Positions 51,181 through 60,279 are shown, counted from the first letter of the stretch. The stretch: 64,000 nucleotides of DNA from Dehalococcoidia bacterium (GCA_965221025.1 CBDCRJ010000001.1:388839-452838), one strand, 5' to 3'. Numbers and translations are program-made. Notes: generated by a model not told the origin, from the letters alone.

Positions 51181-51933
51181 CTAAGGGTGGGCGTTCAGCC
51201 CGCCGTCCACGTAAACCGGCTGGCCTGTGGAGTAATCACAGGACTCGGAGCAAAGATAGACCAGCAATGGGCCTATGTCTTCGGGACGGCCCTTGCGGCG
51301 AAGGGGCGTATACCGCACCAAGAGTTCCTCCCGCTGTTCTTCCACCGGTTGGCCTTGGGTGTCGATCCATCCGGTGCCCACGGCGTTGACCCGGATGTTG
51401 TAGCGGCCCCATTCCACGGCCAAGGAGCGGGTCAGCGAGAGCAGGGCAGCTTGGCTGGCGGCAAAGGCCGAGCCGTTGACCATGCCCCGTTCGGCCAGTT
51501 CCGAGACCAAGTTGACCACCCGTCCGTGCTCCCGTTCCGCCATGCGGGGCAGTACCCGCTGACAGAGCAGAAAGGGCATCTTGGCGTTGCGGGCCTGCAT
51601 TTCATCCCAGTCGGTTTCGGTGATTTCGCTAGTGGGGGCGGCGAAGATGGACCGGCCGTCGTTCACAAGGATATCGACCCGGTCGTGGCAACTGTCGAAC
51701 TCGGCCATAGCTGCGTCCGCAGCCCCGCCTGAGGCCGAGGGCATGACGGCGCCGCGACTGGGCGGTGGCAAGGCCGATAACGCCCCGTCCAATTGCGGTT
51801 GGTTGCGGGCTATAACGAATACGGAAGCCCCGGCCTCGGACAACGCTCGGGCCAGATAAGGGGCTTCTTCGCCGCCGGACGTGGCCAGAATGGCCACTCG
51901 GCCCGAGAGGTCGTACTCGGATAAGACCGGCAT
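51181..51933 (-). CDS. SDR-fold protein lacking the catalytic YxxxK
   Basis: SDR-like throughout (IRVNAVGTGWIDT, DGGLN). However, the glycine motif is ATSGGEEAPY, NNAG is VNDG, and the YxxxK position reads F-AAS-Q (SAFAASQAAL). Confidence 0.75.
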   Translation of the reverse strand: MPVLSEYDLSGRVAILATSGGEEAPYLARALSEAGASVFVIARNQPQLDGALSALPPPSRGAVMPSASGGAADAAMAEFDSCHDRVDILVNDGRSIFAAPTSEITETDWDEMQARNAKMPFLLCQRVLPRMAEREHGRVVNLVSELAERGMVNGSAFAASQAALLSLTRSLAVEWGRYNIRVNAVGTGWIDTQGQPVEEQREELLVRYTPLRRKGRPEDIGPLLVYLCSESCDYSTGQPVYVDGGLNAHP

Positions 51934-51943
51934 GAGACGGCTC

Positions 51944-52750
51944 CTATTGCTCCATGGGGATCAAGGGCGCGTGGCCGGTGGGGGTTACGCCCCCCGCTAG
52001 GCCGCCGCCGTCGGCGATGACCATCTCTCCGGTCATGTAGTCCGAGGCGCTGGAAGAAAGAAAAACGGCCAAGGGTCCGAAGTCTTCCGGTTTGCCGAGT
52101 TTGCCTATGGGGAGGAAATCGCCAGAGCGCGGCAGGCTCTCGGTGGTCGCGCCGCTGTTGCCGGTGGGCACGAATCCGGGAACGATGGAATTGGCGGTCA
52201 CACCGTAACGGGCCAAGTTGAAGGACAGCACCCGGGTGAGTTGGATCATCCCGCCCTTGCTGCAACAATACATGTAGATGTCGCGGCCGCCGCGCATCCC
52301 GAAACCCGAGGCTACGTTGATTATCTTGCCGTGGCCTTCGTCCACCATCGGCCGGGACACCGCCCTGGAACAGTAGAAGGCGCCGGTTAGGTTGACGTCC
52401 ATGATCCGGCTCCAATCTTCGTCGGTGATGTCCCAGATGGGTTTGCGGACGTTGTCTTGAACGGCCCCAGCGTTGTTGATCAGAACATCGATCCTGCCGA
52501 ATCGTTCGATGGTGCCTTGGACAAAGGCGTCGACCTCGGCCGAGTTGGTTACGTCGGTGGGAACGGCGATGGCGTCCTGCCCCAACGACCGCACCTCGGC
52601 AGCGGCCTCCTCGATGGGACCGGAACGCCGGCCGGCGATGGCTAGGTTGGCGCCAGCCCGGGCCAAGGCCCGCACCATGGCCAAGCCGAGCCCGGTGCCG
52701 CCGCCGGTAATTGCGATGGATTTGCCGTCCAGACTAAGCGACTCCAGCAT
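51944..52750 (-). CDS. SDR-family oxidoreductase (canonical)
   Basis: ITGGGTGLGLAM, NNAG and YCCSKGG (YxxxK). Confidence 0.85.
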   Translation of the reverse strand: MLESLSLDGKSIAITGGGTGLGLAMVRALARAGANLAIAGRRSGPIEEAAAEVRSLGQDAIAVPTDVTNSAEVDAFVQGTIERFGRIDVLINNAGAVQDNVRKPIWDITDEDWSRIMDVNLTGAFYCSRAVSRPMVDEGHGKIINVASGFGMRGGRDIYMYCCSKGGMIQLTRVLSFNLARYGVTANSIVPGFVPTGNSGATTESLPRSGDFLPIGKLGKPEDFGPLAVFLSSSASDYMTGEMVIADGGGLAGGVTPTGHAPLIPMEQ

Positions 52751-52784
52751 ACGAGCCCCTCTCTTTTTGTCGCCATGGGGTGGG

Positions 52785-53600
52785 TCAGCTTCCCAGGGTA
52801 ACGTCCCCGGCGGTCAGGGTTACCAGCCGGCCGTCGTCCAGCCGCAAAAGCAGTGCGCCGGTATCGTCGACTCCTTCCGCTGTCCCGGAGTAGGTGTCGG
52901 GCCCCGAAACGGCGTCTACCCTCCGACCGGTGGTCTCCAACAGGTCCCGCCACTCGGGAACGGGTGATTGGCCCCGCTTTACTTGCAGGCAAAGGGCATC
53001 AAGGTCGTGGAGCAATTGGCGAAGCAGGTCATCCCGAGGGACATCACGGCCAGCCGCGGCGTTAAGGCTGGTAGCCAAGGCGGCGATATCTTCCGACTGC
53101 GCCGGGTCCAGGTTAACGTTGACCCCGATGCCGAGGACAGCATACCATACCGAATGTCCGGCGATGGAACTCTCGGCCAGGATACCGGCCACCTTACGGC
53201 CTTGGACCATGAGGTCGTTGGGCCACTTGATTCTTGGGTCCAAGCCGGTGGTCTTGCGTACCGCGCGGGCGGTGGCAATGCCGCCAATGATCGAAATAAA
53301 CGGCAGTTGACTCACGTCGGGCCGGAACAACACCGATACCAGCAGGTTGCCCGGCTCCGAGACCCAACTCCGGCCTTGACGGCCTCTTCCCGCCGTTTGG
53401 ACCTCGGCCACCACGACTGTCCCCTCTTCGGCCCCCTGCTGTCCAAGGCGCGCAGCCTCGTCCATGGTCGAGGACAGTTGGGGATAGAACAGTAAACGCC
53501 GTCCTACCACATGGGTGAAGAGTCCCTGTCGAATGGTGGCGGCGACCAGATTGGGCACTTGCGTCAGTCCTGTAGCTTGGCCGGCGCCCGGTGCGGCCAA
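52785..53600 (-). CDS. birA: Biotin--[acetyl-CoA-carboxylase] ligase (no HTH domain)
   Basis: GRGRQGRSWVS motif and KWPNDL. The start (TTG at 53600) is uncertain. Confidence 0.8.
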   Translation of the reverse strand: MAAPGAGQATGLTQVPNLVAATIRQGLFTHVVGRRLLFYPQLSSTMDEAARLGQQGAEEGTVVVAEVQTAGRGRQGRSWVSEPGNLLVSVLFRPDVSQLPFISIIGGIATARAVRKTTGLDPRIKWPNDLMVQGRKVAGILAESSIAGHSVWYAVLGIGVNVNLDPAQSEDIAALATSLNAAAGRDVPRDDLLRQLLHDLDALCLQVKRGQSPVPEWRDLLETTGRRVDAVSGPDTYSGTAEGVDDTGALLLRLDDGRLVTLTAGDVTLGS

Positions 53601-53652
53601 CCCAATCCCTTTTGCGTTGCGACCGGAACCGAATGAACCGAGGAGTTTCGAG

Positions 53653-54996
53653 TCACCAGCCGTGTTCCAGCTTGTCCCTCAGGATGTCCGCCAGTTCGGA
53701 CACCGGCACCCGGTCTTGGGACATGGTGTCCCGGTCGCGGATGGTCACCCGCTTGTCGTCGAGGGTGTCGAAATCGATAGTGACGCAGTACGGTGTACCT
53801 ATTTCGTCCTGTCGGCGATAGCGACGGCCGATACTCTGGGCGTCGTCGAATTGGGTCTTGAAATGCTGGCGCAGCATCCGGTGAATTCGTTGGGCGGTTG
53901 GCGCCAAGCGTTCGTTGCGGCTCAAAGGCAACACGGCTACCGTGACCGGGGCCAGGCGCCGGTTTATGTGGGATACCACCCGGACCGCGTTTCCGTCCGG
54001 TTCTTCATCGTAGGCGTCCAGCCAGAAGGCCAAGGTGGCCCGATCGACCCCGCCTGAGGGTTCGATAACGTAAGGGTAATAGCGTTCCTGGTTTTCGTCG
54101 TCGAAATAGCTGAGGTCTTCCCCGCTGAATTGGGCGTGTTGTTTCAGGTCGTAGTCGGTGCGGTCGGCAATTCCCTCCAACTCGGCCCATCCCCAAGGGA
54201 AGCGGTACTCCACGTCGTAGCAGTCGGCGGCGTAATGGGCCAACTCATCGGAACCGTGGCGGCGCAGCCGCAGGTTTTCCCGCCGTATTCCGAGACCGAC
54301 GTACCATTCGAAGCGGTCCCGGACCCAGCGGTCAAGCCACTCTTGGTCGGTACCCGGTTTCACGAAGAATTCCGCCTCCATCTGCTCGAACTCGCGGGTG
54401 CGGAAGGTGAAGTTGCCGGGGGTGATCTCGTTACGAAACGACTTGCCAATCTGCCCGATTCCAAAAGGCAGCTTCTTTCGGGTCGAATTAACCACGTTGG
54501 GGAAATTGACGAAGATCCCTTGGGCCGTTTCCGGCCTCAGGTAAACCTCGTTGGCCGTGTCTTCAACCGGTCCCATGAAGGTGCGAAACATCAAGTTGAA
54601 ACGCCGCGGCTCGGTCAATTCGCCGCCGCATTCGGGACAGCGTAATTCGGAGACCGCCACTGCCGCATCGGGCTTCTGGGGATCGAGACCGGCGGCTTCG
54701 AGCAGGTGGTCTTGGCGGAAGCGGCTATTGCAGCCCCTGCATTCCACCAAGGGATCGCTGAAATTCTCCACATGACCGCTGGCCACCCAAACCTGGGGGT
54801 GCATCAGGATCGCGGCGTCCAGGCCAACCATGTCGTCCCGCTCCAGAATCACAGAGCGCCACCAAGCCTCCTTGACGTTCCGTTTCAACTCTACGCCCAA
54901 GGGACCGTAGTCCCAAGTAGAGCCAAGCCCGCCGTAGATTTCACTGCTTTGAAAGACAAAACCCCGGCGCTTGGACAAGGACGAAATCTTGTCCAT
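53653..54996 (-). CDS. glyQS: Glycine--tRNA ligase (dimeric alpha2 type)
   Basis: MDKISSLSKRRGFVFQSSEIYGGLGSTWDYGPLG plus class-II motifs. I chose the ATG at 54996 over the TTG at 55023. Confidence 0.9.
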   Translation of the reverse strand: MDKISSLSKRRGFVFQSSEIYGGLGSTWDYGPLGVELKRNVKEAWWRSVILERDDMVGLDAAILMHPQVWVASGHVENFSDPLVECRGCNSRFRQDHLLEAAGLDPQKPDAAVAVSELRCPECGGELTEPRRFNLMFRTFMGPVEDTANEVYLRPETAQGIFVNFPNVVNSTRKKLPFGIGQIGKSFRNEITPGNFTFRTREFEQMEAEFFVKPGTDQEWLDRWVRDRFEWYVGLGIRRENLRLRRHGSDELAHYAADCYDVEYRFPWGWAELEGIADRTDYDLKQHAQFSGEDLSYFDDENQERYYPYVIEPSGGVDRATLAFWLDAYDEEPDGNAVRVVSHINRRLAPVTVAVLPLSRNERLAPTAQRIHRMLRQHFKTQFDDAQSIGRRYRRQDEIGTPYCVTIDFDTLDDKRVTIRDRDTMSQDRVPVSELADILRDKLEHGW

Positions 54997-55027
54997 GTCG
55001 CCGTAGGGTAGAAAGCGGGGCAAAGGG

Positions 55028-55225
55028 TTACCTCCTTGGAGGCCGTTGGGAGAGGCCGTCGGGACTGTTATTCAGATTAACAACTGGCCCGGCTACATGT
55101 AAACAAGCTGGGTATGAACGCCGTGGCGCCGGTGGCAAGGTTCCACCAGACGCAATAAGAGCCCCCTCGCGGTTCAGGTTGCACCCGTGACTGCGAAGAC
55201 GGCGCAACAGCGAACTGCGGTTCAA
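55028..55225 (-). pseudogene. Decayed hicA-like toxin
   Basis: The N-terminus NRSSLLRRLRSHGCNLNREG is HicA-like. After a frameshift the alternative frame reads GSYCVWWNLATGATAFIP, and the rest is degenerate. Confidence 0.4.
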
Positions 55226-55458
55226 CCCATTACGACTGCCTCGCGGATTGCGTCTGCTAGCACTCCATAGAGTCCGTCTTCCAGGCGGTCCTGGAGTATG
55301 AGAGCGACAGCCTCGACGAGGCGGTCACGAGCTTCCTCTTTCGTGGTACCTTGGTCGTTGGCTCCGGCATTCCCAGGACATTAGGGTCGGTACCATTCGC
55401 TGTCTTGCTCGATGATTGCAGTGAATTCATTTCGGATTTCTAGTCCGGCCTCGAACAT
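55222..55458 (-). pseudogene. Decayed HicB/UPF0150-like antitoxin
   Basis: MFEAGLEIRNEFTAIIEQDSEWYRP* continues in another frame as ...GANDQGTTKEEARDRLVEAVALILQDRLEDGLYGV.... Its stop overlaps the hicA-like TTG start. Confidence 0.4.
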
Positions 55459-55495
55459 AGCGTTCCAATAGCATTGTCGCCTTCCGAAGGCTCTT

Positions 55496-57556
55496 CTACT
55501 TGGCGCTCCTAAAGTTGTCTGGCGTGTGGCGCCGCACGGTGTCGGCTAGGTTGTCGGCCCTTAATTCTTCCAACCGCACGTACTGGGCACCCATGGCTTC
55601 GGCGATGGGCCGGGCCCGGCCCAACCTCACGTAGCCGTCCTCCGTGTCCACCACCACACCGGGTACCTTCCATTCCCGGAAGATAGCTGCAGCGTCGCGG
55701 GCCGCTTCCGCAGCGGCTGCGGTTCCGCCGTCCGCAGTGCCGCCAGCGGCGACGTTGGCCCGTCCGTCGGAAAGCAGCACCAGCAGGGGCAGAACGTCGC
55801 GGTCCTTGGTCCTTTCGGTGTCGATGACCTCCAACGCCTTGAGAAGCCCGGCGGCCAAGGGAGTGCGGCCGCCGGTGGGCAACTCCCGCAGACGGCCTTG
55901 GGCCAGATCGACGCTGTTGGTCGGCGGCAGCAGGAGTTGGGCCGCGACGCCCCGAAAGGAAATCAGTCCCACCCGGTCCCGGCGTTGGTAGGCGTCTAGG
56001 AGCAGCGAGAGTATGGCGCCCTTTACCGCCACCATGCGGCGTTGGGCGCCCATGGAGCCGCTGGCATCGACCAAGAACAGCGCCAAACTGCCGGCCTTGC
56101 TCTCCCGCACCTTTTCCCGAACGTCCCAAGGCTCGATAAGCACCGTGGAATCTTGGCCGCCGGGCCCGGCGGCGCGCCGGGTGTGCTGGTGTGGGGCTGC
56201 GGTCCGCAGGGTGGCGTCGAGGGCTAGGTCCGACACCTTGCCTTGGGGTTGACGGGCGCGGACGTAGCGGCCGGCCGAAAAACCGGTCACGGTGGCGTTC
56301 CGGCGGCCCGACGATTGCCGCGCCCGGCGGTCCGGCGCCTGGACGGTCAAGGGCCGGACGGCAAACGGCGTTCCGACCTCGAATTGCTGGTCTCCCGAAG
56401 AGCCTCCCGTATCCTTGTCCGGAGCGTTATCTTGGTCTGCGCCGTCCGTGTCCGGTAGGTCGGGGTCGGCGTCGCCCTGATCGCCGTCATCACCGGTCGA
56501 ATCGTGGGGTTCCCGCTGGTTGTTGCGTTGCTGGAACTCCTCGATCATGTTGTCGAGTTGCTCAGTAACCAACTCGGGCTGCTGGAACGGCTGGCGACGC
56601 TGGCGGTGCAACAGCGCCAAGAACGCCGCCTCCCGAACGTCTTCGGCGGTGACGTTTCGGCGGTCTTCGTAGGCGGCGATGGTGGTGGCCGTCTTGTACA
56701 TGACGATGTCGCCGCGCATCCCGTCCACTTCATACTCGGCGCAGATGGAGGTAATCAACTCCAGAATGTCCTCGCTCAAGTGGACCTCGGGCAAAAGCCG
56801 CTGGCTGCTGAGGACCCGCGCCCGCTCCGCCTCTTCGGTTTCGCGCCACCGGTCCATAAACAAGTAGGGGTCGGCCTCGAAGCTGATGCGGCGGCGGACA
56901 ACCTCGCGGCGCTCCTCGGCGGTGAATGCGCCGTCAACCTCGACAGCCAAGCCGAAGCGGTCGAGCAACTGGGGCCTCAGGTCGCCTTCTTCGGGGTTCA
57001 TGGTCCCCACCAGGATGAACTCGGCCCGGTGGGTGATGGAGACACCCTCCCGCTCCACGTAGTTGCGGCCCATGGCGGCCGCGTCCAGCAGGATGTCGAC
57101 CAAGTGGTCGTTCAGCAGGTTGACTTCGTCTATGTAGAGGATGCCTCGATGAGTCGCGGCTATCAGTCCCGGTTCAAATACACGGGTCCCGGTCTTGATG
57201 GCCTGCTCTATGTCCAGGGAGCCCACCAGACGGTCTTCGGTGGCGCCTACAGGCAGATCGACAATGGGCGCCTGGCGGCTGACGATCCCCGCCTCAACCG
57301 CCCCGGGTCCGCAACGCAGGCACAGCCCTTGGCGGTTTTCGGGCTCACAGTTGTAGGGGCAGCCCTGCACCACGTTGAGTTCCGGGAGCAGCGCGGCCAA
57401 TGAGCGGACGGCGGTGGACTTGGCGGTGCCTTTTTTACCCCTCACCAGCACGCCGCCAATCTTGGGGTTGATGGCGTTGAGCAACAGCGCCCGTTTCATT
57501 GCGGTCTGCGCGACGATGGCAGTGAAAGGAAAACGAGGTTCAGGTCGTTCGGCCAA
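55496..57556 (-). CDS. Chelatase ATPase subunit, ChlI-like AAA+ domain fused to ChlD-like vWA domain
   Basis: FPFTAIVAQTAMKRALLL...GKKGTAKST (Walker A), ILYIDEVNLL (Walker B), an acidic/Pro linker and a C-terminal vWA domain (LALFLVDASGSM). Together with cobN at the window edge, this suggests an aerobic-type cobaltochelatase. Confidence 0.8.
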   Translation of the reverse strand: MAERPEPRFPFTAIVAQTAMKRALLLNAINPKIGGVLVRGKKGTAKSTAVRSLAALLPELNVVQGCPYNCEPENRQGLCLRCGPGAVEAGIVSRQAPIVDLPVGATEDRLVGSLDIEQAIKTGTRVFEPGLIAATHRGILYIDEVNLLNDHLVDILLDAAAMGRNYVEREGVSITHRAEFILVGTMNPEEGDLRPQLLDRFGLAVEVDGAFTAEERREVVRRRISFEADPYLFMDRWRETEEAERARVLSSQRLLPEVHLSEDILELITSICAEYEVDGMRGDIVMYKTATTIAAYEDRRNVTAEDVREAAFLALLHRQRRQPFQQPELVTEQLDNMIEEFQQRNNQREPHDSTGDDGDQGDADPDLPDTDGADQDNAPDKDTGGSSGDQQFEVGTPFAVRPLTVQAPDRRARQSSGRRNATVTGFSAGRYVRARQPQGKVSDLALDATLRTAAPHQHTRRAAGPGGQDSTVLIEPWDVREKVRESKAGSLALFLVDASGSMGAQRRMVAVKGAILSLLLDAYQRRDRVGLISFRGVAAQLLLPPTNSVDLAQGRLRELPTGGRTPLAAGLLKALEVIDTERTKDRDVLPLLVLLSDGRANVAAGGTADGGTAAAAEAARDAAAIFREWKVPGVVVDTEDGYVRLGRARPIAEAMGAQYVRLEELRADNLADTVRRHTPDNFRSAK

Positions 57557-57669
57557 TAGCTAGGCTCCCAGCATTATTGTTGTGCGGTTGATCGAAGTTT
57601 ACTGCTTGCCGTCGCCGAAATCGTGTGCCAGGGGGACCGGCCGCCGCAGGCCGGACCGGGCCGGCGCCG

Positions 57670-58458
57670 TCAGGCGGCTTGGTCCGCCACTTCCGGCCCG
57701 GCATTAGACGAGACCTGGTAGGCGTGAATTCCCTTCGAGCGATAGAGCAAATAGCCGACCGTACCCAAGGCGATGCCCATCCAAAGCAGGAAGTGTCCTC
57801 CGGCGGTGAAGGTGCGGAACATGATGACCAGTTCCGGCGGCAACCAATCGGGAGCGGGGTCCCTCACCCCCGGCACCGCGAAGGAGAGGAGCAGCATGAC
57901 CACGGCGTAGGCGGCGCCGATGCCAGCGTAAGGAAGCCAGCGCGCGCCGCCGGCCATGGACCGGTTAACCAGCCCCACGCCGTACAAGAGCAGGGCGGCC
58001 GAAACCGTCGAGACGGCAATAACCAGGAATTGATAACCCTGGCGGGAGAGCAGGGTGCCCTCCTCCCCGACGCCGGGAGGGTTGAGTGGGTACTTGACCT
58101 GGGTGAACATCGACACCGCCCAGAAACCCAGTAGTCCGGCGATGCTGGCCCAAGCCCAAGGGCTCCAACCGGGGGCGGCGCGACGGGTCAGATAGTACAG
58201 TCCGGCGAATATGGCGGCGTAGATCACTCCAACAATTACAAAGCCGACCGTCAATCCAACACGTTGTGCGCCAAGACTGGTGAGTTGACCGAAGGGTAAT
58301 TCGGTTTCCGCCGCATCCCCGCCACCCGTAGCAGCCGCTTGACCTTCGAGGTCAATGGCCCATTCCATCACCGGTACGTTGAAGATGTTCAGATAGCCGG
58401 CCACCAGCAGGCCCGCTATAAGCCCCATAACCAAGGCGACCGGCAAGGCTCGTTCCAT
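57670..58458 (-). CDS. cbtA: CbtA-family putative cobalt transporter subunit
   Basis: 262-aa multi-TM protein directly downstream of a CbtB-like ORF and a cobalamin riboswitch. Confidence 0.7.
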   Translation of the reverse strand: MERALPVALVMGLIAGLLVAGYLNIFNVPVMEWAIDLEGQAAATGGGDAAETELPFGQLTSLGAQRVGLTVGFVIVGVIYAAIFAGLYYLTRRAAPGWSPWAWASIAGLLGFWAVSMFTQVKYPLNPPGVGEEGTLLSRQGYQFLVIAVSTVSAALLLYGVGLVNRSMAGGARWLPYAGIGAAYAVVMLLLSFAVPGVRDPAPDWLPPELVIMFRTFTAGGHFLLWMGIALGTVGYLLYRSKGIHAYQVSSNAGPEVADQAA

Positions 58459-58514
58459 TTATCAGACTTCCATTATCGGGTTCCCGGCGCCGGACTTCCG
58501 GGCCGGGTACAGTC

Positions 58515-58709
58515 CTAGTGGCACATAAAGGCGGCGTGCCGGGCGTGGTGGAAGAACTCGTGCACCGTGCCCATCACGCCGGGAGCGCCGATAGCGGCCC
58601 CGTGGGCGCCGGAATCCACGTAGCCCGCAAAGTAGAGGACGACAGCTCCCAGCAACATCCACGGCGCCCAAGCGGCTGTTTCGGTCCTGGATAGGATGCG
58701 ATCTACCAT
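58515..58709 (-). CDS. cbtB: CbtB-family small membrane protein
   Basis: 64 aa from the ATG at 58709 (RBS GGAGGAG), with one TM helix. The His-rich tail VHEFFHHARHAAFMCH matches the CbtB C-terminal pattern (H..RH..gf.CH). Confidence 0.7.
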   Translation of the reverse strand: MVDRILSRTETAAWAPWMLLGAVVLYFAGYVDSGAHGAAIGAPGVMGTVHEFFHHARHAAFMCH

Positions 58710-58752
58710 TATTTCTCCTCCGGTCACCCTGGGTAGCGGTATTATACCCGAC

Positions 58753-58779
58753 AAAAAAAGCCCGACACTTCGGTAGGGC
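58753..58779 (-). terminator. Intrinsic terminator (riboswitch expression platform)
   Basis: The minus strand reads GCCCTAC-CGAA-GTGTCGGGC followed by TTTTTTT, between the aptamer and the cbtB RBS. Confidence 0.65.
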
Positions 58780-58825
58780 TCAATAGCCAAGAGACTCTCA
58801 CCCTCTAGCGCGAAGTGTATCAAGT

Positions 58826-59000
58826 CTTGCTGAAAGGCAGGTCTCCTGACTTCCGGGGCCATATCCTGCGCCTTGTCCAGCCCCCGCAGGGGCCGTTACA
58901 GCCAAGAGATACAACCACCGGTAACAGTGGCGCGACCGCGCCGGACTCACACCGGCTTCCCTTTTCATCCCGATACAATCGGGACACCAATCAGCGATTC
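58826..59000 (-). promoter_or_regulatory. Cobalamin (B12) riboswitch aptamer
   Basis: The minus strand contains AAAAGGGAAGCCGGTGTGAGTCCGGCGCGGTCGCGCCACTGT (GCCACTG at 58925-58931). It also contains the B12 box AGTCAGGAGACCTGCC (58836-58851). Confidence 0.85.
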
Positions 59001-59112
59001 CAGTTTGTTAATACGTCCCGCTGCCGGGACGCGCCACAATTATATGTACCCGGTGGGCTAGCGTCAAGGGACTTGCCGCGCCCTTCAGGAACATTTAATT
59101 GTTGGAGAAATT

Positions 59113-59187
59113 CTCTCTCCCTGCGGTGGGGAGGGAACGTTTGACCCCCACTCTAGCCCTCCCCCCGCGATGGGGAGGGAACGTTTG
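59113..59187 (+). repeat. Two direct copies of a GGGGAGGGAACGTTTG hairpin repeat
   Basis: CTCTCCCTGCGGTGGGGAGGGAACGTTTG (59113-59143) and CCCTCCCCCCGCGATGGGGAGGGAACGTTTGG (59157-59187). Confidence 0.8.
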
Positions 59188-59220
59188 GAAGACCTTGGGG
59201 AGTACCGCAGAACCATATCT

Positions 59221-59541
59221 TCACCTGGGCCAGGTATCGACAGGGCCTAGGGTTATGGACCAGGGGAGAAGAGAGCGGAGGAGTTCATCGCAGTCGGGAA
59301 GCGTGTTCCGGCTGCGGCACCTGTTCAGATAGTTATGCGCCGCCATGAAGGTGGGGAGCCGGAGTCCGGCGTCGACCACCCGGCTGACGAAGGGACGGAA
59401 CTCGGGGGAGGGCTGGCGACGGGATTGGGCTACGGCCCATTGGACGCAAAATTCCTGGGCCAACGGGCGGAGCCGGACAACGGCGAGTGCGAGGGCCATT
59501 TTACGGCGGAGGGCATTGACGCGATGTCTCAAGTCGTTCAT
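59221..59541 (-). CDS. Hypothetical protein (106 aa)
   Basis: ATG preceded by GAGGTGAA. I did not recognise a family. Confidence 0.35.
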   Translation of the reverse strand: MNDLRHRVNALRRKMALALAVVRLRPLAQEFCVQWAVAQSRRQPSPEFRPFVSRVVDAGLRLPTFMAAHNYLNRCRSRNTLPDCDELLRSLLPWSITLGPVDTWPR

Positions 59542-59655
59542 TAGGCGGAGTTCACCTCGCGACGGTTATTTGAGAGAGTAGTGGGCGGCCCAGAGCGGGA
59601 GGGCCATATCTGAGTTGTCCATAGCTTCGGTGCGGTCGGATTTTTGGATATCCCT

Positions 59656-59694
59656 CTCATTTCCGCTCATTTCCGCTCATTTCCGCCCATTCCG
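59656..59694 (+). repeat. 10-bp tandem repeat CTCATTTCCG x3 plus a degenerate copy
   Basis: Perfect copies at 59656-59665, 59666-59675 and 59676-59685, followed by CCCATTCCG. Confidence 0.9.
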
Positions 59695-60058
59695 ACTCGT
59701 TAGCCGGATTGGGGGAGGATTCCGGGGTGGACTTGCGGGGTTGGGGGACAGGTTGAGCCCGGTTGGGTTTGGATTGGTTTCTGGCCATCGGATTTCGCGG
59801 CTCCTCGGTGGCGGATTGGAGGTGGTGCGGGTGGCGGTAGAACGTTTGGGTGTGACGTCTATTATGGTAGGGAGGTGTATTCGGGGTTGGCAAGGGAGGG
59901 GTGTCAGTTCACGGGGTATTTTCATTGCCGGAAATGGCCTGGTGGTCCGCTCGTGGGAAGAGTTGGCGGGACCCGGAGACCTTTGATTTGGTTCTCTGGC
60001 AAGATGTTGACCATTTCTTCGAGGGTGTAACGCACGACGGTTATCCCATCGTCCGGCG

Positions 60059-60127
60059 CCGTAGTTCCGTAGGCATTGACCGCTACTGCTCCGCCCTGTA
60101 CTCTCTCGCTCGCCATCCCGCTCACAC
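60059..60127 (+). repeat. 69-bp direct repeat, left copy
   Basis: ...TAGGCATTGACCGCTACTGCTCCGCCCTGTACTCTCTCGCTCGCCATCCCGCTCACAC matches 60280-60348 with a few substitutions. Confidence 0.85.
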
Positions 60128-60276
60128 AGGGCCTTTTCATTCTCGGGAAAGTCCCCTCTCCTTCTGGGAGAGGGTTAGGGTGAGGGCGTTCCCGCGCAGG
60201 AAATAGCCGTTGATGCGAAGGATCCCCCCACCCTAACCCTCCCCCGTGCGCGGGCGAGGGAAAATGAAAAGGCCCT
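60127..60276. repeat. 150-bp imperfect palindromic (MITE-like) element
   Basis: The outer arms are CAGGGCCTTTTCATTCTC (60127-60144) and GAAAATGAAAAGGCCCTG (60259-60276). The inner arms are inverted copies of a hairpin+GTTAGGGTGAGGG unit (60153-60186 and 60224-60260). Confidence 0.85.
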
Positions 60277-60279
60277 GCA

